Source of the DNA: an uncultured Pseudobdellovibrionaceae bacterium
GTDB lineage: Bacteria > Bdellovibrionota > Bdellovibrionia > Bdellovibrionales > UBA1609
Direction: 5' to 3'
Length of the DNA stretch: 64,000 nucleotides
Assembly: GCA_964360255.1 (NCBI GenBank)
Contig: CAYHVK010000017.1
Coordinates: 4,469-68,468, forward strand
How positions within the stretch are numbered: the stretch's first letter is position 1; every line of letters begins with the position of its first letter. The translations under genes and the position numbers were made by a program. The notes under the pieces were generated by a model, which was not told the DNA's origin, did no database searches, and saw nothing but the letters and a program-made list of their open reading frames with translations. Shown one piece after another: positions 38,249-47,311 of this stretch.

Positions 38249-38704
38249 ATGTCTCAAAAATCGTCAAAAAAAGCGGCAAAAAACTCCTCATCAAAAAAAC
38301 TCTACGGTGAGATTGCAATAGAAGAAAATAAACTCGAAAGATTTCAGAATCGTACAACAGCTAGGCGCTATCTAATTTCATTTGAGTGCCCTGAATTCAC
38401 TTGTGTTTGTCCGCGCAGTGGCTTCCCAGACTTCGCTACAATTCGTATCAAGTATGTTCCTGATCAATACTGCGTTGAGCTCAAATCTCTTAAGCTCTAT
38501 ATCAATGGTTTCCGAAACTCTAAAATTTTTCACGAAGATGTAACAAATGGGATCCTAGACGATCTAGTTGAGTTGCTCGACCCCCACGAAATCGAAGTGG
38601 TGGGAGATTTCACCGTACGTGGAAATATTAAAACCGTTGTGACTTCGCGCCATCTTAAAGGCCAGAAAAAGCCACAGAACCTGATTATTTCAGCTCAAGT
38701 TTAA
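38249..38704 (+). CDS. queF: NADPH-dependent 7-cyano-7-deazaguanine (preQ0) reductase, type I
   Basis: [14 protein letters not shown] (catalytic Cys) and the QueF motif [15 protein letters not shown]...FHE. Confidence 0.9.
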   Translation: MSQKSSKKAAKNSSSKKLYGEIAIEENKLERFQNRTTARRYLISFECPEFTCVCPRSGFPDFATIRIKYVPDQYCVELKSLKLYINGFRNSKIFHEDVTNGILDDLVELLDPHEIEVVGDFTVRGNIKTVVTSRHLKGQKKPQNLIISAQV

Positions 38705-38798
38705 CCGGGCTTATTATTGATAACCGAGTCTGTAAGAAATTCGGATTTTGACTAAAGGCCCTGCGGATGGCAGATTCATTTCGTTCAAAACTTCATGT

Positions 38799-38875
38799 GC
38801 GGTCGTAGCTCAGCTGGATAGAGTAACGGATTTCGAATCCGTTGGTCGTAGGTTCGACTCCTACCGACCGCACCA
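38799..38875 (+). tRNA. tRNA-Arg (anticodon UCG), CCA encoded
   Basis: Hand-folded cloverleaf. Acceptor GCGGTCG/CGACCGC, D-arm GCTC-AGCTGGATA-GAGT, anticodon stem ACGGA/TCCGT with loop TT-TCG-AA, T-arm GTAGG-TTCGACT-CCTAC, then ACCA. Confidence 0.9.
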
Positions 38876-38974
38876 ATTTCGCCAAGCTCACCTATGCTTA
38901 GGGTTTATTTTCTTTGATTTTTTTGGATGGGTTGGCTTAATGTCGCTGGTGCTTCATTCTCGTTGGAGGTGCTT

Positions 38975-39895
38975 GTGAAAATTATTTTAATGGCTTTATC
39001 GATTATTATTTCGCTTCTGATTGGGCATTTGTCGTTCGCCGCCATCATTATCAATACCGGTGAAGATTTTAAATTAGCCACAGCCAATTTAGAGGATCAG
39101 ACTTTTCATGAGCAGCTCGCAGAGTGGGTGAAGTTTGAATATAAGTACATCTCGGTTTACGACAATGTTGTTTATGAAAAACATAGAGGTGGCTGGGAGG
39201 CTCGTCAGGAGCTCAAGAGAAACGAATTTTTCTTTATGCTGCCTGAAATTAAAGCCAAGATGATTGAGATTTTCGATTCAGCCGAGGAACTTGTGGTTGA
39301 AAAAGAAGCTCGTTTTAAAACTCTCTTTGCTGATTTGCCTAATGTGCCGGTTTATTTCTTGCCCTCAATGAACGGCTTTAACGGCAAGGTCACTTCAGTA
39401 TTAGGGCAGCCGGCGCTTTTCATTGGTGTTGATGTGGTGGCCAGCCGAAATGACAATCTAGATGTGCTATTCTCTCATGAATTCTTTCACGCTTATCACA
39501 GTACTAAAATCGCAAATGGTGAAGTTGGCACCACCATGGCTTCTCCACTCTGGAGAGAAGGCTTTGCTACATACGTCAGCAGTCTTTTAAATCCAGAGCA
39601 AAATGATGAAGCGCTTTTAATGGATACGGCGTTGACACAAGCCTGTTCAGACAAAAAGTTTATCGGCGATATTGCTAAGCAGTTCTTAACTATCATTAGT
39701 GCAAATGGTGATTTAGATTATGCAGATTGGTTTTTAAAAGAGGGCGGAACTCAGCCCTCTCGTCGTGGTTACTGTCTCGGTCTTCAAGTCGTGCGTGAAA
39801 TTGCGAAGAAGAACGAGGTGAAGGAAATGATAACATGGGGAGAGGCTCGTTTTAGTGCTGAGATCTCAACTGTGCTTCAAGAGTTCACTAAGTAG
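38975..39895 (+). CDS. Secreted putative Zn-metallopeptidase (HExxH; DUF2268-like)
   Basis: Signal peptide MALSIIISLLIGHLSFAA. The only motif is LFSHEFFHAYH. GTG 38975 lies 5 nt after GGAGG. Confidence 0.55.
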   Translation: MKIILMALSIIISLLIGHLSFAAIIINTGEDFKLATANLEDQTFHEQLAEWVKFEYKYISVYDNVVYEKHRGGWEARQELKRNEFFFMLPEIKAKMIEIFDSAEELVVEKEARFKTLFADLPNVPVYFLPSMNGFNGKVTSVLGQPALFIGVDVVASRNDNLDVLFSHEFFHAYHSTKIANGEVGTTMASPLWREGFATYVSSLLNPEQNDEALLMDTALTQACSDKKFIGDIAKQFLTIISANGDLDYADWFLKEGGTQPSRRGYCLGLQVVREIAKKNEVKEMITWGEARFSAEISTVLQEFTK

Positions 39896-39935
39896 ATTCT
39901 TTGTTGGTCAGAACAGGCAACTTGAGCGTTTATGT

Positions 39936-40724
39936 TTAAGGCGCGATCTTTTTCTGACCTGTCCAACCAATGGTGAAAAGGCCTTGTGCTGAGACTCCGA
40001 TTTGGGTGGATTCTGTTCGACCTAAACCGACGGTGTAACTCCATTGATTTTTAATATAACGCCCATAGAGCACTTGTGATCTTTGTCTGTTCTCAGAAAT
40101 ATCGGTTTTGAAATCTTGTGCGTGCAAGCCAAAATTGATCTCTGTGATGATTTCGTAATTTAAAATCATCGAGCGCCAGAATCCGGCTTCGTTCACAGGT
40201 GAGAGAAAAACCGCATTGATACCGTCAGCAATAGGCTTGTGCAAATGATCATGATCATCATATTCAGTGTGTTCATAGGCCAAAACGACCCCTAGTTTTT
40301 TATATTTACCCATGAGTTTGGCTTGCCAATACCAACTGTTAATTTCGAGTTGGCATTCAGCTGCGTTGCAATCCATTTCGGGCTGATCAGTGAGTTGACG
40401 ACTGAAGTTTCGCCCACCGCTAAAACCAAAAAAAGTCAGAGGGTATATGTCAAGACTTGGGCGAAGTGTAGGAGTGAAAATTCCGCGGGCTGTAATAGCG
40501 GGTCTGATATAGCCCCAAAAAAGATTTTCGGTTTTTGCTTCACCCCAAATCGGAATTAAATATCCCGCATTCGCATCTAAAGAAGCGCCATAAGGGCTGG
40601 CGCGACCCACTAACGAGATGCCGTAATCTGCAGAGCCCAACAATGCCGCATTAGCGGAAGAGGTGGCTCCAGATAGGGTGCCAAGAAATATGGCGCTGAG
40701 AAATAAAAAGTGGAATTGGTTCAT
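39936..40724 (-). CDS. Hypothetical secreted, beta-rich (outer-membrane-like) protein
   Basis: Signal peptide ending SSANA|A. Alternating hydrophobic/aromatic pattern with abundant G/Y/W. No recognised motif. Confidence 0.5.
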   Translation of the reverse strand: MNQFHFLFLSAIFLGTLSGATSSANAALLGSADYGISLVGRASPYGASLDANAGYLIPIWGEAKTENLFWGYIRPAITARGIFTPTLRPSLDIYPLTFFGFSGGRNFSRQLTDQPEMDCNAAECQLEINSWYWQAKLMGKYKKLGVVLAYEHTEYDDHDHLHKPIADGINAVFLSPVNEAGFWRSMILNYEIITEINFGLHAQDFKTDISENRQRSQVLYGRYIKNQWSYTVGLGRTESTQIGVSAQGLFTIGWTGQKKIAP

Positions 40725-40743
40725 GAGAAGGAGAATCCTTTAC

Positions 40744-41523
40744 CTACAGTCTCAGCGATTTTTTTTCTTTGATCTTGGCCGCTTTCTCAGCTTGCTGGGC
40801 CTCTTTGGCTTTACGATGAGCTAAGGCGCGCCAGCTTGTGGTCTTTGAGCTCGAGCGATTGATAAAATCGAGCTGGAGTTCAACCATTGAGTCAAAAACC
40901 TTTAAAAGTTTATCATGAGGGCGCTGAGAGACATCGAGACCTTGAGATTCACCAATGAGCTCAATGGTATGATGGATCGCCTCAATAGTTGAAAGGCAAA
41001 AAGCGGCCGGCTGTTTACGCACACGAAAGTTAGAGGGTTTGACCGGAGTAAAACAAATTCGCGGCAAATTAATTAAGTTGTGGCTGCGAATCATTTTTCG
41101 CGCTGTTGTCCATGTGCCATCGATAACGAAAATCGTCAGCTTCTTTGTCGCCGGGAAAATACTTTGGCGCTCAGGTATTTCTAAATCAGTTAGATTCACT
41201 GAACTTTTGCCAGGGTAGAGCACGACGCAATGACGGGTTTGATCTGCCAGCAGGCGATCAATCACTTCGTTTTCAGAGAAATCCTGGCCTTTTAATAAAA
41301 AAGAATTCTCTAAACAGAGATGGGACATTCGGCCCGTGGCAATTCGCCGCCGAACTTCAAGCGGATGAATTAAAATAACAAAATCGATATTAGAATTAAA
41401 TCTCTCAACATGTTTACAGAAGCAGCTGAATTCTGGCTGAGTGCAGGCCCAACAGCGAGTGCGAAATTTTGGCTCTTGTTGTTTGAGAAGCTCGCGGCGT
41501 TCGCGATAGGTTTTAATATCCAC
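40744..41523 (-). CDS. DTW-domain protein (tRNA-uridine aminocarboxypropyltransferase family)
   Basis: N-terminal Cys cluster RCWACTQPEFSCFC, VILIHPLE, and DTW motif FVIDGTWTTARKM. Confidence 0.8.
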   Translation of the reverse strand: MDIKTYRERRELLKQQEPKFRTRCWACTQPEFSCFCKHVERFNSNIDFVILIHPLEVRRRIATGRMSHLCLENSFLLKGQDFSENEVIDRLLADQTRHCVVLYPGKSSVNLTDLEIPERQSIFPATKKLTIFVIDGTWTTARKMIRSHNLINLPRICFTPVKPSNFRVRKQPAAFCLSTIEAIHHTIELIGESQGLDVSQRPHDKLLKVFDSMVELQLDFINRSSSKTTSWRALAHRKAKEAQQAEKAAKIKEKKSLRL

Positions 41524-41654
41524 TTCTTTATTCTAGCCACGACTTTGGCGCTAAGCCCACTTCTATTTTGCTAGACTATCTGCGTCCCAATTTGCCCTAC
41601 GATTTTGAAGACCAGGAGGGTTGATTTTTTCACGGGCTCATTTAAACTTAATGT

Positions 41655-43757
41655 ATGCAAATTACTATTATCATCGTGCTCGCATTCTTAGGCGGTATTT
41701 TCTATCATTCAATAAATACAAGCCAAACCAACCGTGTGGTTCAAGAGATTTTGGCTCAAACAAAACTCGATCAGGCTCAGCCGAAGAAGTACCAGAAAGT
41801 GCGTTACCATGCGGCTACGAAAGAAGCGGTTCAAGAAGATCTTTATAGTATTCTTGAAAAAGCCGGGTGGGCTAAAGATAAAGTTCAGTTTCGTCACAAA
41901 ACCGCTCCAATCGGTGCGGCCATGGAGAAGACGCCAGCTAAGATAGCTGCAGGAGAGTCAGCGCCAGTTGTCGCAGGGACTCTCTCAGCTGCTGCGTCAG
42001 TAGTTGCGCCGGTCGTGGCAGCTCCGTCGATTGTGCGTCTGACATGTGAAGGTGGAAACTACATCCTCCATGTCAACGCGACAGAAGAGAAATGGGGCGA
42101 GACTTTCTATTACGGTTTACAAAAATTGGGTTTTTTGTTTCCGCATCCACGCGAGCAAATCACTCCAAGTTTAGCGCAGGCAAAAAAAGCTTGTGGTCAA
42201 ACCTACACTTGGAGACCGCGGTTTGAATATCGTGGTTTTCACTTTCACACTCAGCATCCCAATGAATGGGTGCATGGTTTCTTAATGGGTGAGAAAGAGA
42301 CCGGCAAACAGACCCTCAGATGGCTCGCACGCAATGGGCAGAATGTGGCCCAGGTTCTCATTCTAGAGCAGCCCATCGATTTTATTACTAAGAATATTAA
42401 AGATCTTATTCTCTACAGCCAAAGCTTAGGCGTGAGTTTCGGTATTGATGTGAGCTTTAATATGATTCAGCAAAAGGCTTATCGTTTGGTCTCACGCGAC
42501 TCACGCATCAAAGCCTTAGGGTTCTTTCGTGGTGACATTGAAACTGAGCTTAAAACCTCGCTCGCCCTGTTAAAAGAACATTTGCCGTTTGATTTTATGA
42601 CGATTGAATTGGGTAGTTCTGAATTCACATCGAATGACTATCACGAAACATTAAAGAAAATGAACTTGGCCGGAGAAATTTTAGAGCAAGATAAACGTGC
42701 ACTTTTTATTAAAGTTCACGCGTCGGCAGGGCAAGTTCAAGGTGATTTAGGCAATTACAACTTTCTTCCGCAATATGCGAACTCTTCGGTCGGCATTTTG
42801 CCTCACACAGTGATGTTCTTCTCTTTGGCTGATGCAGCAGCTCCGGTTTATGGCCGCCATAACTTTGCCGATATGGCTGAATTTTTACAGCAACAAAGTA
42901 AGTACCGTGAGACTTGGTATTTTCCTGAGACCAGTTATTTTATTGCCATGGATATTGATGTGCCGCTTTTCTTAACGGATTATCTCATCGCCCGTTCTGA
43001 AGACATGGACAATGTACAAAAGTGGGGAGCCACTGGTCACATGAACTTCTCAACAGGCCAAGAGCTTGGATATTGGCTTAAAGATTGGACAGTGGCTCTA
43101 CTCGCCAATGAAGACTATGCCGGGAACCCTTATATCGCGCTTGATTTGCTGGGTGAAGATCGCAAAGTTTGGGAGCCAATTTTAAAATATCAAAATCAGT
43201 ATTTTAAAAAGAAGGGCTTACTTGAAGAATTATCATCAGCCAATCTTCTCGATGAAATGAATGTAGGAATGATCACGCACAGTCGTACAATATTCCGTGA
43301 TCTTCGTAATCAGCCAGAGCTTCTTAAGAAACGCATCGCAGTTCTCGAGCAAGCCATTCAAGATCGTCCTTCTGTTGCAGGGGTTCGCAATGAAGAAATT
43401 AAAAAGCTTCTCGAAGTGACAGATTATCGTGTTGATCAAGCCCTCTATTTACGCAAAGCCCTTCTGCTAGAAGCCGAAGACAAGCGCGAGACAAAAGAGT
43501 GGAGCCGGGACTTGGCGAGCTCACAAGAAATTCGCAAGAAAGCACAAGTTCTTATGACAGATGTAACGGGTAAATATAATCGTTACCCAGAAGCCAAAAC
43601 TTTTGAACGCTACGAAAACCTAACGAGTTATCCATTTGGTTACGGCTACCCGGCGGCGACATTGCACTTCTGGGCGAGAGAAGAAAATATGATTCGCACG
43701 GGCTCTTATTGGCCGTGGTTTATGAATCTCTATTCGATTAAACGTATTTTGCTCTAA
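41655..43757 (+). CDS. Large N-terminally anchored hypothetical protein (weak beta/alpha-barrel glycosidase-like features)
   Basis: TM at residues 3-20, an Ala/Val/Pro linker, then ETFYYGLQKLGFLFPHP and FEYRGFHFHTQHPNEW. These recall GH20/DUF4838-type domain starts. No confident family assignment. Confidence 0.6.
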   Translation: MQITIIIVLAFLGGIFYHSINTSQTNRVVQEILAQTKLDQAQPKKYQKVRYHAATKEAVQEDLYSILEKAGWAKDKVQFRHKTAPIGAAMEKTPAKIAAGESAPVVAGTLSAAASVVAPVVAAPSIVRLTCEGGNYILHVNATEEKWGETFYYGLQKLGFLFPHPREQITPSLAQAKKACGQTYTWRPRFEYRGFHFHTQHPNEWVHGFLMGEKETGKQTLRWLARNGQNVAQVLILEQPIDFITKNIKDLILYSQSLGVSFGIDVSFNMIQQKAYRLVSRDSRIKALGFFRGDIETELKTSLALLKEHLPFDFMTIELGSSEFTSNDYHETLKKMNLAGEILEQDKRALFIKVHASAGQVQGDLGNYNFLPQYANSSVGILPHTVMFFSLADAAAPVYGRHNFADMAEFLQQQSKYRETWYFPETSYFIAMDIDVPLFLTDYLIARSEDMDNVQKWGATGHMNFSTGQELGYWLKDWTVALLANEDYAGNPYIALDLLGEDRKVWEPILKYQNQYFKKKGLLEELSSANLLDEMNVGMITHSRTIFRDLRNQPELLKKRIAVLEQAIQDRPSVAGVRNEEIKKLLEVTDYRVDQALYLRKALLLEAEDKRETKEWSRDLASSQEIRKKAQVLMTDVTGKYNRYPEAKTFERYENLTSYPFGYGYPAATLHFWAREENMIRTGSYWPWFMNLYSIKRILL

Positions 43758-44575
43758 GCCGGAACGGCTGAGCCTTTACCCTGTTTTAAATCATCAATGC
43801 TAATTTTGCGGGCGGGAACTCCGCCCCAAGTTTCACCGGCCGGGATCACGGTTTTCGGCAATACAATTGTATGTGGTAGAATCTTCGCATCAGCGCCGAT
43901 TGTGACTCCGCCCATAATAGAAGCTTTAAGACCAATTGTGGCACGATCACCAATTATGACCGGAGCTAAAACTAAGAATCCACCTTGTCCATAATGACCA
44001 ACAATCGTAGCTGAACCGCCGATGGTCACTTTATTGCCGATGGTGATCAGCGAGGGATCAGAAAAATAAGTGCTGTTGATAACAACGCCATCGCCAATTT
44101 TCATTCCCATCATGACAAAAAATAAATTAAGAATTGGTGTGGGGGTAATAAACTCTAAAAAAGTAAAACGGAGCAAGTAAGTCAGGGCATTGTGAATATA
44201 CCAAGTCACCGCCGGAGCCGAGTAATACGACCCTCGCCAAGGCTTCAAATAGAATTGTCCTGCAAAATTAACAAATGGGACAAGAAAGATCATGGTCATG
44301 CCATAAGCTAAATAACCGAGGGGTAATGAAACGGCGAGAGCAAATGTTTGAACAAGTTCAGGTAGGTGCGCAGAGCCGCGTAAGGTCGCTTGCACCAAAA
44401 CCACGGCAGGAAAGAGTCCTAGGCCGAGAATAATGCAGCAGACAAAGTACAAGGGTAGAATCGTAAGGATGTGCACAGCTACTTTATAACGTCTTAAGCT
44501 GCGCTCAAATAAACCTTTAATTCCAGTGTGATCACTGGTGGTTCGATCGAGATTGTGGTGTTTATCTGAGGTCAT
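43754..44575 (-). CDS. Membrane protein with C-terminal left-handed beta-helix (hexapeptide-repeat transferase-like) domain
   Basis: About 4 TM segments, then hexapeptide repeats IGDGVVINS...IGNKVTIGGSATIVG...IGDRATIGLKASIMGGVTIGADAKI. Confidence 0.65.
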   Translation of the reverse strand: MTSDKHHNLDRTTSDHTGIKGLFERSLRRYKVAVHILTILPLYFVCCIILGLGLFPAVVLVQATLRGSAHLPELVQTFALAVSLPLGYLAYGMTMIFLVPFVNFAGQFYLKPWRGSYYSAPAVTWYIHNALTYLLRFTFLEFITPTPILNLFFVMMGMKIGDGVVINSTYFSDPSLITIGNKVTIGGSATIVGHYGQGGFLVLAPVIIGDRATIGLKASIMGGVTIGADAKILPHTIVLPKTVIPAGETWGGVPARKISIDDLKQGKGSAVPA

Positions 44576-44648
44576 ATTGTTCTATCGGCTCTTTTGTGCA
44601 AAGTATCAAATTTGACGTCGACCAAGGTCCTGAGTTAGCTTTTTCGTC

Positions 44649-45539
44649 ATGATAGCACGTATTTTACTCTACAGTTTGATTTCTTTTTCATGTTTCAGTC
44701 TTACTTTAAAAGCAATGGCGTTTGAAACCGTCATTAGTGAAGTGAAAGACTTCGCTGAGTTTGGCAAAACTGAGCAGTCAGTTTTCATTCGCGCAAAAAA
44801 ACCAACGACGAGATCAGTTCTTGTTATTCATGGTCTCAATCTTCTGCCATCAAAAATGAATTCGGTTTCAGAGTTCTATTACAATGAAGGCTTCAATGTT
44901 CTTCGCCTCACTCTGCAAGGGCATGACGGGAATTGGGAGGCCTACAAAAAAGTGACGGCGGATATCTGGATAGCCGACGTCGAGAAAGCTTTCTCGTTTA
45001 TCACATCGTCAGTGCCGGGCGCGGCCATTGATCTTTTTGGTTACTCTCTCGGAGCTGCTGCGGGCATTGCGGCGGAACAAAACGGCAAGCTTGAATTCGA
45101 GCGCATGGTACTGGCCGCTCCACCATTTGAAGTGACACGGGTGGCGGCATTAGTTGAAGCTCTATTTGATTTTGAAAATCTCAGTATTCCAAGTCGCCTC
45201 TCACCAATTTATATTTCTGGTTATGGGGCCAATCCTGCTACGCCGGTAAAAGCTTATAAAGCTCTCTTCGAGCTACGTAAAAAAATTCAGCAAAATGTAC
45301 CTCAGGGATTTGTGAATAAACCAGGGATTGTCTTTGTCAGTCGTAAGGATGAAGTTGTTGATGCTGTAAATAGCGTGAAGTTTGTAGAGTCAGTTTCTTC
45401 ATTTACCACCTTCTATGTAGAGAAGAAGAACTCAAATTTAAGACCTGTTATGAATCACTTGATTATTGATGAGCCGAGCCTGGGCGAGACTTGGCCCATT
45501 ATGGTAGAAGAGATCCGCCGCTTTAACACAGTACGTTAG
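44649..45539 (+). CDS. Secreted alpha/beta-hydrolase
   Basis: Signal peptide, oxyanion-region VLVIHGLN, nucleophile elbow GYSLGA. Confidence 0.7.
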   Translation: MIARILLYSLISFSCFSLTLKAMAFETVISEVKDFAEFGKTEQSVFIRAKKPTTRSVLVIHGLNLLPSKMNSVSEFYYNEGFNVLRLTLQGHDGNWEAYKKVTADIWIADVEKAFSFITSSVPGAAIDLFGYSLGAAAGIAAEQNGKLEFERMVLAAPPFEVTRVAALVEALFDFENLSIPSRLSPIYISGYGANPATPVKAYKALFELRKKIQQNVPQGFVNKPGIVFVSRKDEVVDAVNSVKFVESVSSFTTFYVEKKNSNLRPVMNHLIIDEPSLGETWPIMVEEIRRFNTVR

Positions 45540-45638
45540 CTTGATTCGCTTTTCTTGATTCATATATAATTCCGTCGTTGAATCACTCCGAAGGCTATAT
45601 TTGTATAGCTATATTAATAAAATCCTGAGGAGGATTGA

Positions 45639-45908
45639 TTGAAACTTATTACTGTACTCGCGACTTTGGCTTTATCGCTAAATGTTTTCGCTGCAGGTAC
45701 TACTGCATCTAAGACGACAACTACTACAACAACTCCAGCTGCAACTACTGCAACAACTGAGATGACAGAAGCTCCAGTTGAAGCAAAAAAAGAAGTAGCT
45801 GCACCAACAGCTAAAAAAGTAGCTAAAAAAACTACTAAGACAGATGCTCATGGCGCAAAAACAACAACAACTGAAACTAAAACTGAAGAAGCTCAACCAG
45901 CTCACTAA
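45639..45908 (+). CDS. Small secreted Thr/Ala/Lys-rich low-complexity protein
   Basis: TTG start 5 nt after a perfect GAGGAGG. Signal peptide ...NVFA|AG. The rest reads TTTTTTTPAATTATTE...KKVAKKTTKT. Confidence 0.5.
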   Translation: MKLITVLATLALSLNVFAAGTTASKTTTTTTTPAATTATTEMTEAPVEAKKEVAAPTAKKVAKKTTKTDAHGAKTTTTETKTEEAQPAH

Positions 45909-45992
45909 TTCGGTTTCTTTTAACATCAAAGTGGTGTAAATAATTTCGTTCTAACAACGATAGAAAATGCACCCTATTGGGAGGATATAATA

Positions 45993-46196
45993 ATGAAAAA
46001 AATCATGTCACTAATCGTAGTTCTTGCTACAGCAACAGCTCTTTCTGGCTGCCTATTTGGCAAAAAAGAAGAGGCGGCTCCAGAGACTCCAGCAATGGAA
46101 ACTCCGGCAACAACTGAAGAAATGCCTGCTACAGATGCAGCTCCAACTGAAGCTCCACCAGCAGATGCGGCTCCAGCTGAAGGCACAGGCCACTAA
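45993..46196 (+). CDS. Small lipoprotein, Pro/Ala/Thr/Glu-rich
   Basis: GGGAGGA Shine-Dalgarno sequence, lipobox ALSGC. The mature part is ~45 aa of PETPAMETPATTEEMPATDAAPTEAPPADAAPAEG. Confidence 0.55.
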   Translation: MKKIMSLIVVLATATALSGCLFGKKEEAAPETPAMETPATTEEMPATDAAPTEAPPADAAPAEGTGH

Positions 46197-46218
46197 TCAA
46201 CAATAAGGGGAAAACGAG

Positions 46219-46608
46219 ATGAGTAGGATCTTTTTGATTCTTGTAATCTTGTTTTCTTCTTTTTCTTTATCCTTTGCACAGGATGAAGACATAGATGATG
46301 AGTTTTTTGATGATGAACCCATTATTGATCCACTCGACGAACCCATAGCAGCTCCACCAACATGGGAAGCTGAAGATCAAGAGGGTTCGAGCCCAAGACC
46401 AGGCGGCAGCTTTCCTCGCCCTAGTGGCGGCGGATTTTCGGGTGCCGGCGGAATCAATCCACCCATATATTCAGGTCAACCCGGTTCACTCGAATTTCGA
46501 TTGGTGCAACCACCAGCTTTGAAAAAGCCGAAGCCACCTATTCGAATCCCGATGCGAATTCGCAAACAAGTCGAAGAAAATGTGAAGAGAGAAACGAGTC
46601 AGAAATAA
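46219..46608 (+). CDS. Small secreted acidic/Pro/Gly-rich protein with basic C-terminus
   Basis: AAGGGGA Shine-Dalgarno sequence, signal peptide ...SLSFA|QDEDIDDEFFDDE, then GSSPRPGGSFPRPSGGGFSGAGG, then KKPKPPIRIPMRIRK. Confidence 0.5.
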   Translation: MSRIFLILVILFSSFSLSFAQDEDIDDEFFDDEPIIDPLDEPIAAPPTWEAEDQEGSSPRPGGSFPRPSGGGFSGAGGINPPIYSGQPGSLEFRLVQPPALKKPKPPIRIPMRIRKQVEENVKRETSQK

Positions 46609-46652
46609 GCCGTTGTACTCAGCTTATGACAACGTTCAAATCTAAATAAATA

Positions 46653-47309
46653 TTAATAAATTAATAATATAGGTTCAGCTTTAGTTGATGTCGAAAACAT
46701 CTCGCTGAGCTTTTTTATTGATGCTTCTTCAACTTGTTCAGTTTCTAGAGTGAGATCAAGGCCGAGAAGAGCGCGGCGACTGGGCATAACCTCGGCGAGC
46801 TCAGCTAAGAGTTTGCCAATGCGGTAAGGGGTTTCCATGAGAACGATCGATCTTTTTTCGGTGGCCAGATTTTTTAAACGGGCAGAGCGCTTTTCGCGCT
46901 CAGCTGGCAAGAAGCCTTCAAAAACGAAGCTTTCAATTTTTTCACTTGAGAGGCTAATAATGAGGGCCAGCGAAGAGGGGCCGGGTAAAGCTTGCACCGG
47001 AATTTTTTCGCGACGAAGACGGGCGATCAGCTGAAAACCCGGGTCGCAAAAATTAGGGGTGCCGCAATCAGAAACAAAAGCCACTTTATGTTGACGACAT
47101 AGCTCGACGAGCTCAATGAGGTCTTTATCGCGCGTGTGCTCATTGAGTTCGTAGATTTCTTTTTGCTCGAGGCCGATTTTTTTAAGCAGGGTTGAGGTTG
47201 GGCGAAATTCTTCACCAATAACAAAGTCGCAAGACGCGAGAAGTTCTTTCCCGCGGATGGTAATGTCACCGTAATGCCCAAGTGGAGTGGCAACAACGAA
47301 GAGAGGCAT
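46653..47309 (-). CDS. rsmI: 16S rRNA (cytidine1402-2'-O)-methyltransferase RsmI
   Basis: LFVVATPLGHYGDITIRGKELL, SDCGTPNFCDPG, LPGPSSLALIISLS, FEGFLP, ETPYR. Confidence 0.85.
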   Translation of the reverse strand: MPLFVVATPLGHYGDITIRGKELLASCDFVIGEEFRPTSTLLKKIGLEQKEIYELNEHTRDKDLIELVELCRQHKVAFVSDCGTPNFCDPGFQLIARLRREKIPVQALPGPSSLALIISLSSEKIESFVFEGFLPAEREKRSARLKNLATEKRSIVLMETPYRIGKLLAELAEVMPSRRALLGLDLTLETEQVEEASIKKLSEMFSTSTKAEPILLIY

Positions 47310-47311
47310 GG

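Noticed and set aside
45678-46206. ORFs 45678-45929 (-), 45974-46186 (-) and 46024-46206 (+)
   Set aside because: They are compositional shadows of the Thr/Ala/Pro-rich small secreted protein genes. They lack signal peptides and ribosome-binding sites, whereas the chosen frames have both.
46609-46633. Hairpin CGTTGT-N12-ACAACG between convergent genes as a terminator
   Set aside because: It has a 6-bp stem with a 12-nt loop and no flanking U-tract on either strand. This is too weak to call.
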